From: Eledone cirrhosa
Taxonomy: Eukaryota
Direction: 5' to 3'
Length of the DNA stretch: 64,000 bases
NCBI GenBank assembly: GCA_964016885.1
Contig: OZ024741.1
Coordinates: 292,578,001 to 292,642,000 of the forward strand
The notes beneath the pieces are model-generated. The model searched no databases. It was not told the origin of the DNA and saw only the letters and a list, made by a program, of their open reading frames with translations. The position numbers were made by a program, and so were the translations under genes. Position 1 is the first letter of the stretch; every line of letters starts with the position of its first letter. Shown piece by piece: positions 14,378 through 28,385 of the stretch.

Positions 14378-14424
<47 letters not shown>

Positions 14425-15319
14425 GGGGTGAGTGTTACCATTTTGACTTGTTTCATTATTATTATTATCATTATTATTATCATTATTATTATTATTTTTG
14501 AGGGGAGTATTTAATGATTTCTAACTGAAATTGAAAAACAAAACAAAATCAAATCATTATAATGAAATACAGTCAATGGAGCAGTCTAAAGAATAAAACA
14601 AAAAAAAAAGAGGAAATTTTAAGAGGAAAATGGTTGGCGGCAGAACAAAGGACTTTTTTTTCAGAACTTCTAAAACAGGGATCTATAAGTGTATAACATC
14701 AACGATGTTTGTATTTTAAATACACTGGTTATGTTATATAAAGGAATGTCAAATGTAAAAGAAGGCAGTGAAGTGAAATAATGAAAATATGACAAAAACA
14801 ACAAAAGTAATGACAAAAGCAACAAACGTAATGACAAAAACAACAAAAATGTTGACAAAAACAACAATAATGATAGCAGCTATAGCAGCAACAACAGCAG
14901 CAACAAAGATTGATAACCACATAAAGGATTTTAAATATGCTGCAATATTTCATTTATGCTCCTCCTTACATTGTGTTATGAAAACAATATGCCATTTTCC
15001 TTTGTTTCTATACATTTCACATTATTGATCTCTATTGATATATAGGTGCAAGCATAGTTATGTGGTTAAATAGTTCGCTCCACACATATATTTCTGGGTT
15101 CAGTCCCACTGCATGGCATCTTGGGCAAGTGTCTTCGCCTATAGTCACAAAGTCACTAATCTCTTTCGAGTGAAATTGGGAGAAACTGTGCCAAAACCCA
15201 TTGAATATATATGTGTGTGTGTATGCATACAAATGTGTATGTGTGCATACAATATCCATTGAATATATGTGTGTGCGTATGCATACAAATGGGTATGTAT
15301 GTATGAATATATTACATAC

Positions 15320-15350
<31 letters not shown>

Positions 15351-16069
15351 AGAAAAGAATTAATATGGGTGAAAGAACAAAACGTTTGATACTAAGTTGT
15401 AAAATATATTTGTTTGTAAATTTAATATGAAAGTGACTAAGCATTCCACACATATATCCTTAATGTAATTTTCAGGGAGATTCAGTATGACAGTGTAGAC
15501 AAGGCTAGTCTTTTGAATCAAGAATACAGTTCATTTTTCCCTGCTGAGTGGACTAGTGATGTAAAATAACATGTTTGATCAAGGAAACAATGCAGCACTG
15601 GGAATTACTCACAGACTTAAGATCTTCAGCCAAAGATATTAAACTCAAAGGCTCAAAGCTATGTACCTTCAGTATCAGAAATGATAAATCAATGGTTTGC
15701 TCATTGGAAACCTGTCAGCAAGGACAATAATAAATAAAAAAAATTAATATGAATTAAAATTAAATAAACAAGTCATTATTAAAATTCTAGTTATGATATT
15801 TTCATATCAGTATGTATGGTCCCATAACATACGGGTTTTCTAAAGCAGTTTTTAAAACCTGGCAGAGTCCATCGCCTCTCCAGTTTGAATACAGCAGATT
15901 TCTTCCAGAGAAAGATAGAAAGTGAGAGAATGGAAGTGAGAAAGAGGTATACAGGAAGAATTTTCCCCAGTACTGGGCTGGTACATTTTTATTGACCTCG
16001 AATGGATGAAAGGCAAAGTTGACCTCTACTACCAGTATACAGATGGTTATATATATATATATATATTTA

Positions 16070-16165
<96 letters not shown>

Positions 16166-16884
16166 TATAATTTATACACACACTAATATTCCGTAGATGT
16201 TCATTGTTTCTTAATTGCAGATATTAACATGATTTTATTGGTTGCTCTCCCTCAGTTAAGACAGCAGAAATCCTTCAGACCCTTTACACAACACTGATAT
16301 ATCTGATGAAATGTTCAATAATGACCTTTCACTGAAATCAATATTGTCAACACCATCACCACCTTGTTGGGATTTAAACTCAGAGAACAGAGAGTTGGAA
16401 CAAATTCCACAAAGTATTCTATCCAAAGTTCTTACAACTCTGCCAATTTGCTGCCATATCATCAGTATTGATCCAGTAAAGATATTTTCAGTATTTTATA
16501 GAAATTATTTGGCTAAATGGCACCTAAAATCAGAAAAATGATTAGCCTTAAGATAACTGTCTTGATACAGACAACACAGATATAAGTATACTATAGTCAT
16601 GATCGTCGTCCTTCCTAACTGTGTCACTTGATTCAATAGACATGAATTGAATGGAGAAAATGAAGATGGCATTAAGTGAACATATATCAATGGTGTTATA
16701 TCTTCAGAGGGAATGTATAGTGTATTCATTAAGAAACATCATTGCCAATGTGATGAAAATAGTTTGTGGCAATATGAACATATTCTATAATTTTGAATAT
16801 GTATGTCTGTGTTTGGTGTGTATGTGTGTGTCTGTATGCATTTGAGAGTGAGTTTGTGTATTTGTATGTGTCTATATATATATA

Positions 16885-17072
16885 TAATTGTTTCTACTTT
16901 TGGCATAAGGCCAGCAATTACCCCAGTGCATTACTGGTGCTTTATTTTATCAACCCCTCAAGGATGAAAGGCAGAGTTAACCATGACGGGATTTTATCTC
17001 AGAAAGTAAAGGGACATAACTCTATGCTGCTAAGCATAATGTCTGATGCTCTACCGATACTGCCAATCCACT
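16885..17072 (-). mobile_element. tRNA-derived SINE (family S2)
   Basis: Reverse-complement match to the S2 copy at 48604..48797. Confidence 0.8.
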
Positions 17073-17090
17073 ACTTATATGTATATATTT

Positions 17091-17690
17091 CATCATCATC
17101 ATCATCATCATTTAACGTCTATCTTCCATCCTAGCATGGGTTAGACGGGAGTTGTCCCAATTTAAGGCAAGGTTGGTCGGGTGACCGTGTCTCGCTTGTA
17201 TAGGACTATCTTGCAGGTTTTCTACGACTGGATGCCCTTCCTAACACCAACCATATTTACAGTGTAGACTAGTTAGTTTTTACTGTTACCTACACAACCA
17301 CATTACAGCGAGGACTGTGTTTTTTTGTCGTGACACCTACACGATCTCGATCTCAAACTCATTATTTCATTAATTTGGACTGGATGTTGTGGTACCAACT
17401 TTACAGAGAAAGGGTGGTGTTGGTGGGAGTGGGAAGATGGAGTAGGGGTAGTGGGTTGGGGCGTATATTTGGTTAAGAGGTGTATACTGACTGTAGGTTT
17501 TACTTTGTACATAGGCAAGGCATGTCTTCTGTATTACTGCGTGGCGCCAAAGATCTTGGTCCAGTGACATTGTCTTAGAGAGGGGCAAGTGTGTAAGGTC
17601 GGAAGTTATCAAATCGTCCCAGGTTTTTCTGTGTCTACTTACTTCCATCAATTTTGGTTGCCCTGCACTTTTTTGTGCAGCTGTCGTCTT
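17091..17690 (-). mobile_element. RTE LINE 3' end with 3'UTR and (GAT)n tail
   Basis: RKTWDDLITSDLTHLPLSKTMSLDQDLWR; homologous to 21350..21885. Confidence 0.85.
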
Positions 17691-17763
17691 TATATATATA
17701 TAATTGTTTCTCGTTTTGGCACAAGGCCATAAATTATCCCAGTGCATTACTTGTGCTTTATTT

Positions 17764-18157
17764 TCATCATCATCACTGTTTTATGCCCGTTCTTCCCCGC
17801 TAGCATAGGTTAGACGGGTTGTCCTGTTGTGGGCAATGTCTGGTTGGCTGACCTTGTCTTTCTCATACAGGAACTGATTCTGGCTTGAGTTCTACAGCTG
17901 GATGCCCTTCCTAACACTAACCTCATTTACAGTGAGTGCTGGGTGCTTTTTTGCTGTGGCACCTCCACGACCACTTTGCAGTGGAATCATAGGAACGCCA
18001 GTCCTATCATCCCATTTCTACAGCTGAGTAAACTGGAGCAATGTGAAATAAAGTGACTTGCTCAAGGAAACAACACATCACCTGGTCCGAGAATTGAACT
18101 CACAACCTTTTGATTGCAAGCCCAATGCTCTAACCACTAAGCCATGTGCCTTCACCT
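17764..18157 (-). mobile_element. tRNA-derived SINE S1 with RTE-type tail
   Basis: tRNA head at the 18157 end; body closely matches 56986..57317; (GAT)n tail. Confidence 0.85.
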
Positions 18158-18217
18158 ATCATATATAATAATTGTTTCTACTTTTGGCACAAGGCCAGCA
18201 ATTATCCCAGTGCATTT

Positions 18218-18610
18218 AAATGAACACAAATACACACAGACACCCGGATGTGGCGCATGCGCAAACTAAGAACACAACACACACACAGAAACAAAATGGC
18301 GTAGGATAGAAGAAAGGAAAGGCACAGAAACAAAGCAAGGAATCCCCAGTCACTGAAGAGGTCACAGAGTGTGTGACGAAAGGACTATGACTATATATAA
18401 ACAACTATCTGGTTGTGGAACCAACCAACCAGAAATTTATAGGTTTGTAAAGTTGTAAATTTATAAATTTATAAATATATAATAAATTGAAGTGAAAGCA
18501 ACTGGTGCGTGTGTTTCTTATTGGCAACATGACCCTCCCAAAGTATAATAATATCGGTTTCAACACACGATTTCAGATAAAGAATCTTGTTAAACAAATT
18601 CAGAAACGAA
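18218..18610 (+). mobile_element. Hammerhead-bearing non-coding element, family B copy 1
   Basis: Colinear with the reverse complement of 52642..53082 (GCATGCGCA, AAAATGGCGTAG, hammerhead, 3' block atgaccctccc.aagtata..cacacgatttca); ends in (TA)n. Confidence 0.75.
18348..18392 (+). ncRNA. Type I hammerhead ribozyme (family B)
   Basis: AGTCA CTGAAGA g GTCACA gagtg TGTGAC GAAA ggac TA TGACT: perfect 5-bp stem I, 6-bp stem II, intact core. Confidence 0.85.
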
Positions 18611-19459
18611 ATATATATATATATATACACACACACATAATATATATATATATATACATAATATATAGCTAGCAGAATGAAGAGTGTATTTTGATATTAA
18701 GGCAATAGAAGGCTTCAATATTTCAACTTGAAGTATTCACTATTTCGTGTGCACACTTACAGGAGTTTTTGATCAGAAGAGCTCTGCTGCTAAAAGGTAT
18801 TATCTCATTGATGTTGGAGAGGCTTTCTTTTGTCACTTGATGTTGAATATAATTGATTGAAACACACAACAAAGATGGCATCTAAAATGTAATTTATAAA
18901 ATGAAACAAAAAAATAAAATAAACCATAAAAATCAGTAAAATGTACGAATATCATGTGACAGGACAGGCAATCAATCGTATATTTATTCATACACATATA
19001 TTACTTATATATAACACATATAATGTATTCATTTATATATATATATATGTATATATATATATTCATACATACATATACATATATATATGTGCACACACAC
19101 ACGCACGCATGCACACACACGCATTCTCCATGCTGGTAAATGTATGGCAGGTCAGAGAACCACATTTGAATCATGCATTTCATATTTGGCATGGTTTCTA
19201 TGACTGGATGCCATCCCTAACAAGTCATTCACAGAATGTACTATGTTATTTTTATCATAGCACCAACACTCACACACAGTTTGTATTGAGTGCATTTTAT
19301 TTTGGCATCAGCATTAGTAAGGTTTCCATGGGATTCACAAGACTAACATATATTTGGCCTATGTTGTTTTTGCTAAATCAAGTATCCTCACCCAACAGGG
19401 GTGGGAGAACAGTGATTTGGAGTGAAGGGATCTTTATATATTTATATATATATAATATA

Positions 19460-19742
19460 AAACGATGTCATTCCCAGTGACTGGAATAGCAGCAGCATTG
19501 TCAACTGCTACAGTGATAAAGGAAATTCCCAAGAGAGAAGAAACTACAGAGGCATAAAGCTGATTGACCAAGTCATGAAAGTTACAGAAAGAGTCATTGC
19601 ACAGCTGATTTGAGATTGTATATGCCTAGACGAGATGCCATTTTGATTTGTGCCAAGAAAAACACTACTGATGTCCTCTTTCTTGTGAAGCAAATGCAAG
19701 AGAAGTACTTGGCTAAAAGGAAGCTGCTCTACTTAGCATTCA
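19460..19742 (+). pseudogene. RTE RT fragment
   Basis: NYRGIKLIDQVMKVTERVI..LDEM..LVKQMQEKYLAK..LYLAF with disablements. Confidence 0.85.
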
Positions 19743-20424
19743 TGCAGACAAGCGCTCCATGGATATGAAGAAGATACCAGAGATATAAACATAAGTTAAA
19801 ATGGTCATACACGCTGAGACGATGGTTAAGAAGCCATTAACCACCATAGCCAAAAAAGCGAACAAGCTAAATGGGTCAAACAAAATGAGATATGATTGAA
19901 ATATTTACCATCGGGGAAGATGGAATACTCCGAAATTGGGTTTCTGCAACACCTAAATCAATAATACTGTCTGCTTATAAAAAATAAGCTTTTGGTATAA
20001 TGATCGAACAAGGCATCGCTTTCTCAACAGGTTTTTGTTCTTCTTGCGCCAGAATCTCGCAGGTTATGAAAGCACATGTGAGATTCTAAGGGGAGAAAAC
20101 CCCTATTTTGGCCAGTGAATTCAGCATATGTAGTTATTGCAAAAATTTTCAAAAACCACACAAAATTAATTTAGCTCTCTACCGAGTTGTTTTTAAAATA
20201 AACTTAAGTGATTAATCAGTCAATAGAATTAACTAAAAAGCCAAAAAAATTAACTGGTTAATCGCTTGACTTGGGAGATTAATACAAATATAAATTTAGC
20301 GAGAATCGCATTTCGCAGGTAGAAATTAGCGAAACGCAATTTCCATATTGTGCAGACAAGCGCTCCATGGATGTGAAGAAGATACCAGAGCTATAAACAT
20401 AAGTTAAAATGGTCATACACGCTG
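19743..20424. repeat. 608-bp unit with 74-bp terminal direct repeats
   Basis: 19743..19816 vs 20351..20424 are identical at 72/74 positions. Confidence 0.85.
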
Positions 20425-20908
20425 GGGTGTGAGAGGTGTATTATGGGAGTATAGTGGTTAAGAGGTGTCATAACACCCACCCACTTCTATCCCTTTACAC
20501 TGTAGAGTTATGTTGGTATCACAACAAAAAAAACATCCAGCCCACATTGTTAAGTGGTTGTGTGTCATGATAAAAAAGCATCCAGCCCACATTGTAAATG
20601 TGGTTGGTATTGGGAAGGGCACCCAGCCATAGAAACCTAGCCAGAAACAGTTCTGTATGAGCAAGACATGGTCACTGGACCCGACTTGCCTCTCATGGAA
20701 CAACCCATCTAACCCATGCCAGCATAGAAAATGGATGTTAAATGATGACATATATATACATATATATATATACATATATGTATATATATATATACATATA
20801 TGTATATATATATATACATATATCTATATATATATATATACACATATATACACATATATATACATATATGTATATATATATATATACGCATATATATATA
20901 TATATATA

Positions 20909-21885
20909 ATAGTGGACAGCTTCCGTTACCTGGGTGACAAAATCAGCAGTGGGGGAGGGTGCTCTGAAAGTACAGTAGCTAGAGTCAGAACTGGGCGGAA
21001 AAAGTTCAGAGAGCTTATACCACTATTAGCCGCTAAAGGGTTCTCCCTAAAAAATGAAAGGCAGGTTGTACGATGCCTGCATACGAACAGCAATGTTGCA
21101 TGGCAGTGAGACCTGGGCATTGTGTGCAGAGGATATACGCAGACTAGAGAGAAACGAAGCTTGCATGCTCCGCTGGATGTGTAATAGCAATATACATGAA
21201 CGACAAAGCATAAACGAACTAAGGAAAAAATTAGAAATAAGAGGGATCAGATGTTGTTTACTAGAGAGAGGGCTACGTTGGTATGGTCACGTGATGCGCA
21301 TGAAGGACGATAGCTGTATAACAAAGTGCAGGGCAATAAAGATAGATGGTAGTCACGGAATAGGCAGACCCAGAAAAACCTGGGACGAGCTGATAAACTC
21401 CGACCTCACACACTTACACCTCACCAAGACAATGTCACTGGACCGAGACCTTCGGCGGTACTCAGTAATAGAGAAGACCCGCCTTACCTAAATACAAAGT
21501 AAAACCTACTACAGTCAGTAGGCATCTCTAACAAAATACACCCCCGTCCCACCACGCCCACCCCATCCACACCGCCCCCTTCTATGTAAAGTTATGTTGG
21601 TGCCACACCATCCTGGCCGAAACAAATGAGGTCGTGTAGGTGTCACGACAAAAAAACACACAGTCCACGCTGTAATGTGGCCGTGTAGGCAACACGGTAA
21701 AAACCTCCCAGACACACACTGTAAATGTGGTTGGTGTTAGGAAGGGCATCCAACTGTAGAAAACCTGCCAGACAGTCCTATGCGAGCAAGACAATCACTC
21801 TTGCCTCAAGTGGGAAAACCCCCGTCCAAACCCATGCAAGCGTGGAACACGGACGTTAAACATTGATGATGATGATGATGATGAT
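20909..21885 (+). mobile_element. 5'-truncated RTE LINE (ORF2 C-terminus, 3'UTR, (GAT)n)
   Basis: [15 protein letters not shown], frameshift near 21050, then LHGSETW..RWYGHVMR..GRPRKTW; stop at 21491; begins in (TA)n. Confidence 0.92.
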
Positions 21886-22356
21886 ATTTCGTTTCATTCT
21901 ATTCCATTTATCGTTTTCGGTGCGCCCAGCCGACTAAACTCACTCGATATGCAGATTAGGCTGCTCAGCCGTTAATATGCATAAGGAAAGTATATACTTT
22001 CAGACGTTCAACCATCTGGCAGGAAGGTATACGGTGCTGACGATACCTAATAAGCTTGAAGCTAGTACATCTTTCCTGTGTCAGTGTTGAACAAAAAGGT
22101 GACGTGGTTGCCTAAACACTGTACGGCGTAATTCGGGCTGTTTGTTTGTTTACAAACAAACAAACCGAGCATTATAATAAATGTTCGGTAAACCGATACG
22201 TGCATATATATGTGTGTGCATGTATGTATATATATACATACTACTGTACGTCTGTATATATATATGTATGTACGTATACATACATACATACTTACATTTA
22301 AGTAACTGCCGTACTAAGAGTGAGAAATGAAATTTCGTTTCATTCTATTTCATTTA
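21886..22356 (+). mobile_element. Hammerhead-bearing element, family C copy 1 (446-nt period, terminal redundancy)
   Basis: atttcgtttcattctatt.cattta occurs at both 21886 and 22332. Second copy at 28386..28822. Hammerhead at 22031..22071 has GAAA changed to GAAG. Confidence 0.85.
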
Positions 22357-22400
22357 TATATATACATATGTATATATACATATATGTATATGTATATATA

Positions 22401-22983
22401 TGGTGGCTGCCAACTCGTTTTCGAGTACGGCCACTACTTTATATCCATGTAGAACCCCTACCGATGCGCTGAACGAGTGTGACTTTTTAGTCCAGCCAGC
22501 GACTTGAAAACTCTGGTACAAACAATACACTTGTGACAATTATTGACACATAGTGCTGGGCCCATGGTACCATGTGATGACAAGTGCAGGGAGATCTCCA
22601 GATATAAAGCAATGCCTGTGCCGTGAAGCTTTTATAGTGAGCAAAGGCACTGCACAAAGCCAGTCCCACTCTCTTAACCAAGATGATATTTACCAAAAAG
22701 AAGAACAAGTCAACATCATTGGATACCATCAGGGTTGCAGGTGTTATATCAGAGTTTTCCTTCTCCTAGAATTCTGCCTTGACAAAGGCTAAGGGGTCAT
22801 CTCTCCCAGTGATTTTGGATGGCTATTGACTCTTAAGAGCTCCTTTGCCCTTTGACAGGTTTTGTTTTTAGTCCTGCAGGATGTCCAAAATCACCCTCCT
22901 CACCAAGAAACCTTGGTGGGGTTGCCAGTTTAGTCGCCAACAACCCGACCATGAGACAGGTTGTACTGGGATACATGTTACCA
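22401..22983 (-). mobile_element. Family A copy 2 (inverted)
   Basis: Reverse complement nearly identical to 2754..3323; (TA)n on both sides. Confidence 0.85.
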
Positions 22984-23500
<517 letters not shown>

Positions 23501-24499
23501 ATGCAAAGACACCCACAAGCAAGTATATGTGTGTGTACACACATCTCACACACATCTATTCCATCTTTCAACCTATTCAATCATGTATACAATATTATCT
23601 TTATGCAATATCATTTCATTTAATATGAAAGCAATGTTATTCAGTTTATCTTCTCTTTAGCTTTATTTTCATCCCCTTTGACTATCTTCTTCTCCTTATT
23701 TCCCTTCTCCTTCTTTTCCTACTTTTCTTTTTCTTTCTCTTTGCCTTCGTCTTCTTTGTTTTTCTTTTACTTTTTTGTTTTTCTTTCTACTTTATCTTCT
23801 TTTTCTCCTCCACCTTCTCCTCTGTCATTTAGCACTTCATGAAACTAGGATAAGCTATGGCCTGATGAGCCTCTGGGCTCAAAACATACTTTAATATACA
23901 TAGATTCTTCTTTTAACATTTGTGACTAAACATTTCTGAAAAACTATAGGGTGATTCTTCGGAAAAATTTGGTTTTTGTATTGAACAGATAGAATAACAA
24001 TATAGAACCTCCCATATTATCTGTTGTAGACCTCAATCAAATATATTTGGGTTGGCTGCAGTAGAGGAAGACCAAGGAAAACCTGGGTAGAAGTGGTGAG
24101 GGTGGATCTCACAACATTGAATCTAACAGAAGAAATAATAAAGGAGTGAAATAAATGGAGAGAGGCCATTTTGAAAAAAAACCCATCCATCCCATGCAGG
24201 CATTGAAAAACTGACATAAAAGAATGTTGCTGATAGAATTTCTTTGTTACAAGACAATTGTTGCAAAAGTTCCTCTTTGCAGAAATGTGTAAACATTGAG
24301 TAAAGAACTCGTAAGCAAATAATAGATTGCAACTGACATCATCATCATGTGCCTGCTTTCCAAAGTTTGGGTTGATGATTGGCTAAACCAATCTCCTCAG
24401 TTTAGTGCAAATACCTTCAAAGGTCATATGTATTGACCTTCATCCTCTGAACAACACAACAGATTGAGTATTTACATCAATGTAGGACATGACAAAAAA

Positions 24500-24898
24500 C
24501 ATACCGTAAAATGGTCGTTTTGGTGCTACATTAAAAAGCTCCCAGTCTAACCTGTAAAGTGGTCGTGTTGGTGACAAGACAAAAAGCAGCCAGTTCAACC
24601 TGGTGACACAACAAGAAGCACCCTGTCCACAATGTAAAGTGGTGGTTTTGGTGACACAACAAAAAGCAGCCTGTTTACACTGTAAAGTGTTTGTGCTAGT
24701 GTCACAACAAAAGCACCCAGTTCATACTGTAAAGTGGTTGGCATTAGGAAGAGCATCCAGCCATAGAAACCAAGCCAGAAACAGTTCTGTATGAGTAACA
24801 CACTGTCATTTGATCTGACTTGTCTCACAAGAGGACAACTCATTTAAACCATGTTAGCATGGAAAAATCGACATTGAATGGTGATTATGATGATGATA
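24500..24898 (+). mobile_element. RTE-3'UTR/SINE tail with internally multiplied ~45-bp module
   Basis: About five copies of (g)gtgacacaacaaaaagca.cc.gt.cacactgtaaagtg precede the common tail and (GAT)n. Confidence 0.7.
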
Positions 24899-25340
24899 GT
24901 GAAGGCACACATGACCTAGTAGTTTAAGTGCGGCATCTTACAACAATGTCATGGGTCAGATACCTGGACTAAATAGTATGTTATGTTCTTGAAAATATTG
25001 CAATTACAGCCCATACTGTAAATGTGGTTGGTTTTAGGAAGGGCTTCCATCTGTTAAAAACCATGGCCAAATTTCCAGTCTCGTCAGACCAAGGTATGGC
25101 GTGGCCCTCCTGGCCAGACTTGTTTCTCAACACGGACAATCTGTCTGACCCATGCAAGCATGGAAAAATGGGTGTAAAACGGTGATCATGATAGCAGCGA
25201 AGAAGTGAAGTGAATTAGTTGCAGTATCTTCTATATATCATTTGTATTGATTAGCTGCAATTATGATTAAGATGTACTCTTTCGAGAAACAGTTCAAATT
25301 AAAGAGATATTTCAATTTAAAATATTTGGAGCCTGTAGGT

Positions 25341-25818
25341 CAGTGTTTCCCAGTCTATGGTCCATGGACCTTTAAAAGTGTCCACAAAAGTAGTACTGCG
25401 GGTCAGTGATCTAAGTTGAAAATTTCAAGTACTTCGTTAAAAAACGCAATATGCACGCACTATCCATTTTTTTTCTAAGTGGAAACTGTTTTTCGTTTTC
25501 CATTGCTTTTCTTAGAATATGGTAATCTGGGATTTGTAGTGGGGGTCCATGGAAGAATTAACCCTTTAGCATTTACATAACACTATATTTACTATTGTAT
25601 TTTCACGTTGAAGGCTTTATCTCATATAAATTCAAAGCTATGAGTGTTTGATGATATTTATTTTGAGAAAAATACCTTAGTATTGGTATGAGCAGCTGAT
25701 TATGGCTGGTTTGAACTGAGAGTTGAGAGAATTCTGACTGGATATGGTCAGTTTAAAGGCTCAAGGGTTAATTTAAATATGACAGGTCCTCCATAGTGTA
25801 AAAGTTAGGTACAACTAC
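25341..25818. mobile_element. Old hAT/Charlie-like MITE containing a nested MITE
   Basis: Starts CAGTGTTTCCCA..GGTCCATGGACC; right end is degenerate. Confidence 0.5.
25562..25767. mobile_element. piggyBac-type MITE
   Basis: TTAA|CCCTTTAGCATTTA ... TAAAGGCTCAAGGG|TTAA (TIR 12/14). Confidence 0.75.
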
Positions 25819-26531
25819 TCTAAGCCTTATTTCTTAGTAAATTGGGGTAACAAGCTTGTATTTCCTTGAAACTATTTGTAGTGTATTGTGTGATATTGAG
25901 TAGTAAAGGAAAGGCTGGTCATAAGTTTCATTGAGGTATTGATTTCAGCAATGATTTATCAATTTATTACAGAGTGTAAGAGAGAGAGAGGTGGGGTAGA
26001 AAAATAGAGAATGAAGAAATAGGGAGGGAGAGAGAGAGAAGGGATAGCAGGAGAAAGCTTAATAAGTAAGAGATAGGAAGTAAATTAGAGTTTGTTAATG
26101 AAGATAAGAAAATCATTTGAAGTTAGTTCTATATGAAGATGAATGGCAGTTTCTCAATTTGTATATTACACTATCAGTTTCCTGGCAGTAATTATGTATA
26201 TATGTTCTATACACACGCACATATATGCATAAATATTTTATAATTAATGAACACACACACACACACACACACACAGATTTATCTATCATCATTTGCCAGT
26301 TTTTCCATGCTGGTATGGTTTTGAGTGATCCTTATAGATCAAGCAAGTACTTAATCAGAGTTACTGTGCATTCACCAATGAGTGGGGGCTCACAACTTGC
26401 TTACATACATTCTGGTTTTGGTATGATTCTGGGGCTGGATGCCCCCTCCACCTATCTTTCTCTCTCTCTATATATATATATATCATCATCATCACTATAT
26501 TAGTTTAATACTTGTAATGTTAGGAAAAGCA

Positions 26532-26566
26532 TTTTAATGTTTCAGACACTTGTCCTTCATAAGAAG
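26532..26566 (-). ncRNA. Decayed minimal Penelope-type hammerhead (family E)
   Basis: Minus strand: ctt CTTATGA aggacaagtgtct GAAA cat TA aaa..cttttccta. Relatives at 28058..28085 and 55226..55260. Confidence 0.5.
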
Positions 26567-26829
26567 TGAAGACTGACCCTAAGAATCTAAACTTCATGAC
26601 AGATGGTAAAGGACTAGAATGATTGGTGACATGTGATCTGTCAATGAGTCAGTTACTGCTAAAAGCAAAACATTTAAAATACCTTTAATAACTGCATATC
26701 TACTACACAATCTGCTACACACTTATATCCCTCATCTTTCTATTGTATTTTCTGTACACTGCTACCTTTTAGAAAGGTATGATATTTGGCTTATCCACAT
26801 ACCAACATCACTTTGTTATTAATCTTATC

Positions 26830-27130
26830 TCTCATCAGAGTCCAGAAAGAGCTGTCGAAACGGCTTGAGCTCTACCATCGGGGTCATACTTTTTCCTATA
26901 TATATATATATATATACATATATATATAACAAAGAGGGTGTGGTAATATACCAGGTGGATCACACGCACCAGAGAACTCAATACTTAAGATAGTAGAGTG
27001 GGTAATAGAAAAAGAGTCAGGACCCCGACGATTGAGCTCTGGCCATATTGACAGCTCGATCCAAACTCAGTGCAGATCTAGCTGTCAAAATGGCCGGAGC
27101 TCACCTGACGTATTGAGTACTTTAATTTGT
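26830..27130. mobile_element. Fold-back element (family F)
   Basis: Homologous to 62990..63131; internal inverted repeat with 28-bp arms at ~27034-27102. Confidence 0.6.
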
Positions 27131-27221
27131 ATCTGTAAGCCTTTCCTACATGAACAAAGTACTGGAACGATAGATATACATCTGTGTGTATTCACCAATA
27201 TATAGGTATGTGTGTATATAT

Positions 27222-28008
27222 AAGAAGGGGAGAGAGAGAAATTACCCCCAGTAGACTTGACAAAGGGACCAGCTATTGAGATTGACGAATATAGGGTACA
27301 AGAGGAAATTAAGGAAATGAAGAATGGTAAGGCTGCTGGACCATCGGATATAGTTGCTGAAATGCTGAAGGCATCAGGAGAAGTAAGCACTAAACTGGTT
27401 ACACGCATCATCAATCAAGCTATATATGGGGGGTGTCATACCCAAATGCTGATGCAGCAGTATTCTAATAAATTGCTACAAAGGTAGAGGGGATGCTCTA
27501 GAGAGGAGCAATTATAAGGGCTTAAGCTGATGGATCAGGTTATGAAAGTGGCAGAGAGAATATTAGTGCAACTGATTAGAGAAAGCGTCAAATTAGATGA
27601 GATGCAGTTTGATTTTGTGCCTGGGAAAAGTACAACAGATGTATGCTCCATTGGATGTGCAATGTCAATGTGCATGAACAACCAAGCATGGACGAGTTGA
27701 GAAAGAAACTGGGTATAAGAGGGATAAGTTGTGGTGTGCAGCAGAGAAGGCTGAGATGGTATGGACATGTAATGCGCATGGAGGATGACCGCTGGGTAAA
27801 GAAGGGCCAAGAAATCCCAGTAGAAGGAAGACGCAATAGAGGTAGACCACGAAAAACATGGGCAAAGGTGGTGAGAGCAGACCTCAGATCGCTGAAACTC
27901 ACTGACGAGATGACAAAGGACCGTGACAAGTGGAGAGATGCTGTGCTGAATAGGATCTGTCCAACCCTTGCAAGCAGGGAAAAGCGGACGTAAAATGATG
28001 ATGATGAT
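27222..28008 (+). mobile_element. RTE LINE with large internal deletion
   Basis: MKNGKAAGPSDIVAEML..NYKGLKLMDQ..GKSTTD is fused at ~27642 directly to MLHWMC..RWYGH..PTLASREKRT*, followed by (GAT)n. Confidence 0.9.
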
Positions 28009-28239
28009 ATGCGTGTGTATATATATAATGTTTATATGTATATATATATATATATATATTTAAAATTAGTCCTTCATCAGTGATCTTCCAACTTTCATTG
28101 GTATTTCATCGCTTTAAAAATCATATACCTCTGGTTGGTGCGAGCAATATCAAGCAATATCAAATAAAGTTATTGGGACAAGTAAAATAGGGTGAAACGA
28201 GCGAGGTAACCCATGTGCAACCATGCAGCGCTCCATTTT

Positions 28240-28275
<36 letters not shown>

Positions 28276-28385
28276 AAAACCAAATCAAAAGATTAAAAGA
28301 TTAAGGAATTCTGTACACATTATATATGGAAAATAATTCTGAAGATTTGAAGATGCAACAAATGATTGTTTTTATATATTTATAT

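Noticed and set aside
16297-16349. CTGATGA..GAAA TCAA TA motif
   Set aside because: The core words are present but stems I and II pair poorly, so it cannot be distinguished from chance in AT-rich DNA.
23855-23895. CTGATGAGCC..GGCTC hammerhead-like motif (also at ~50575-50600, minus strand)
   Set aside because: It is part of a SINE tail; there is no GAAA/UH or stem I in either copy.
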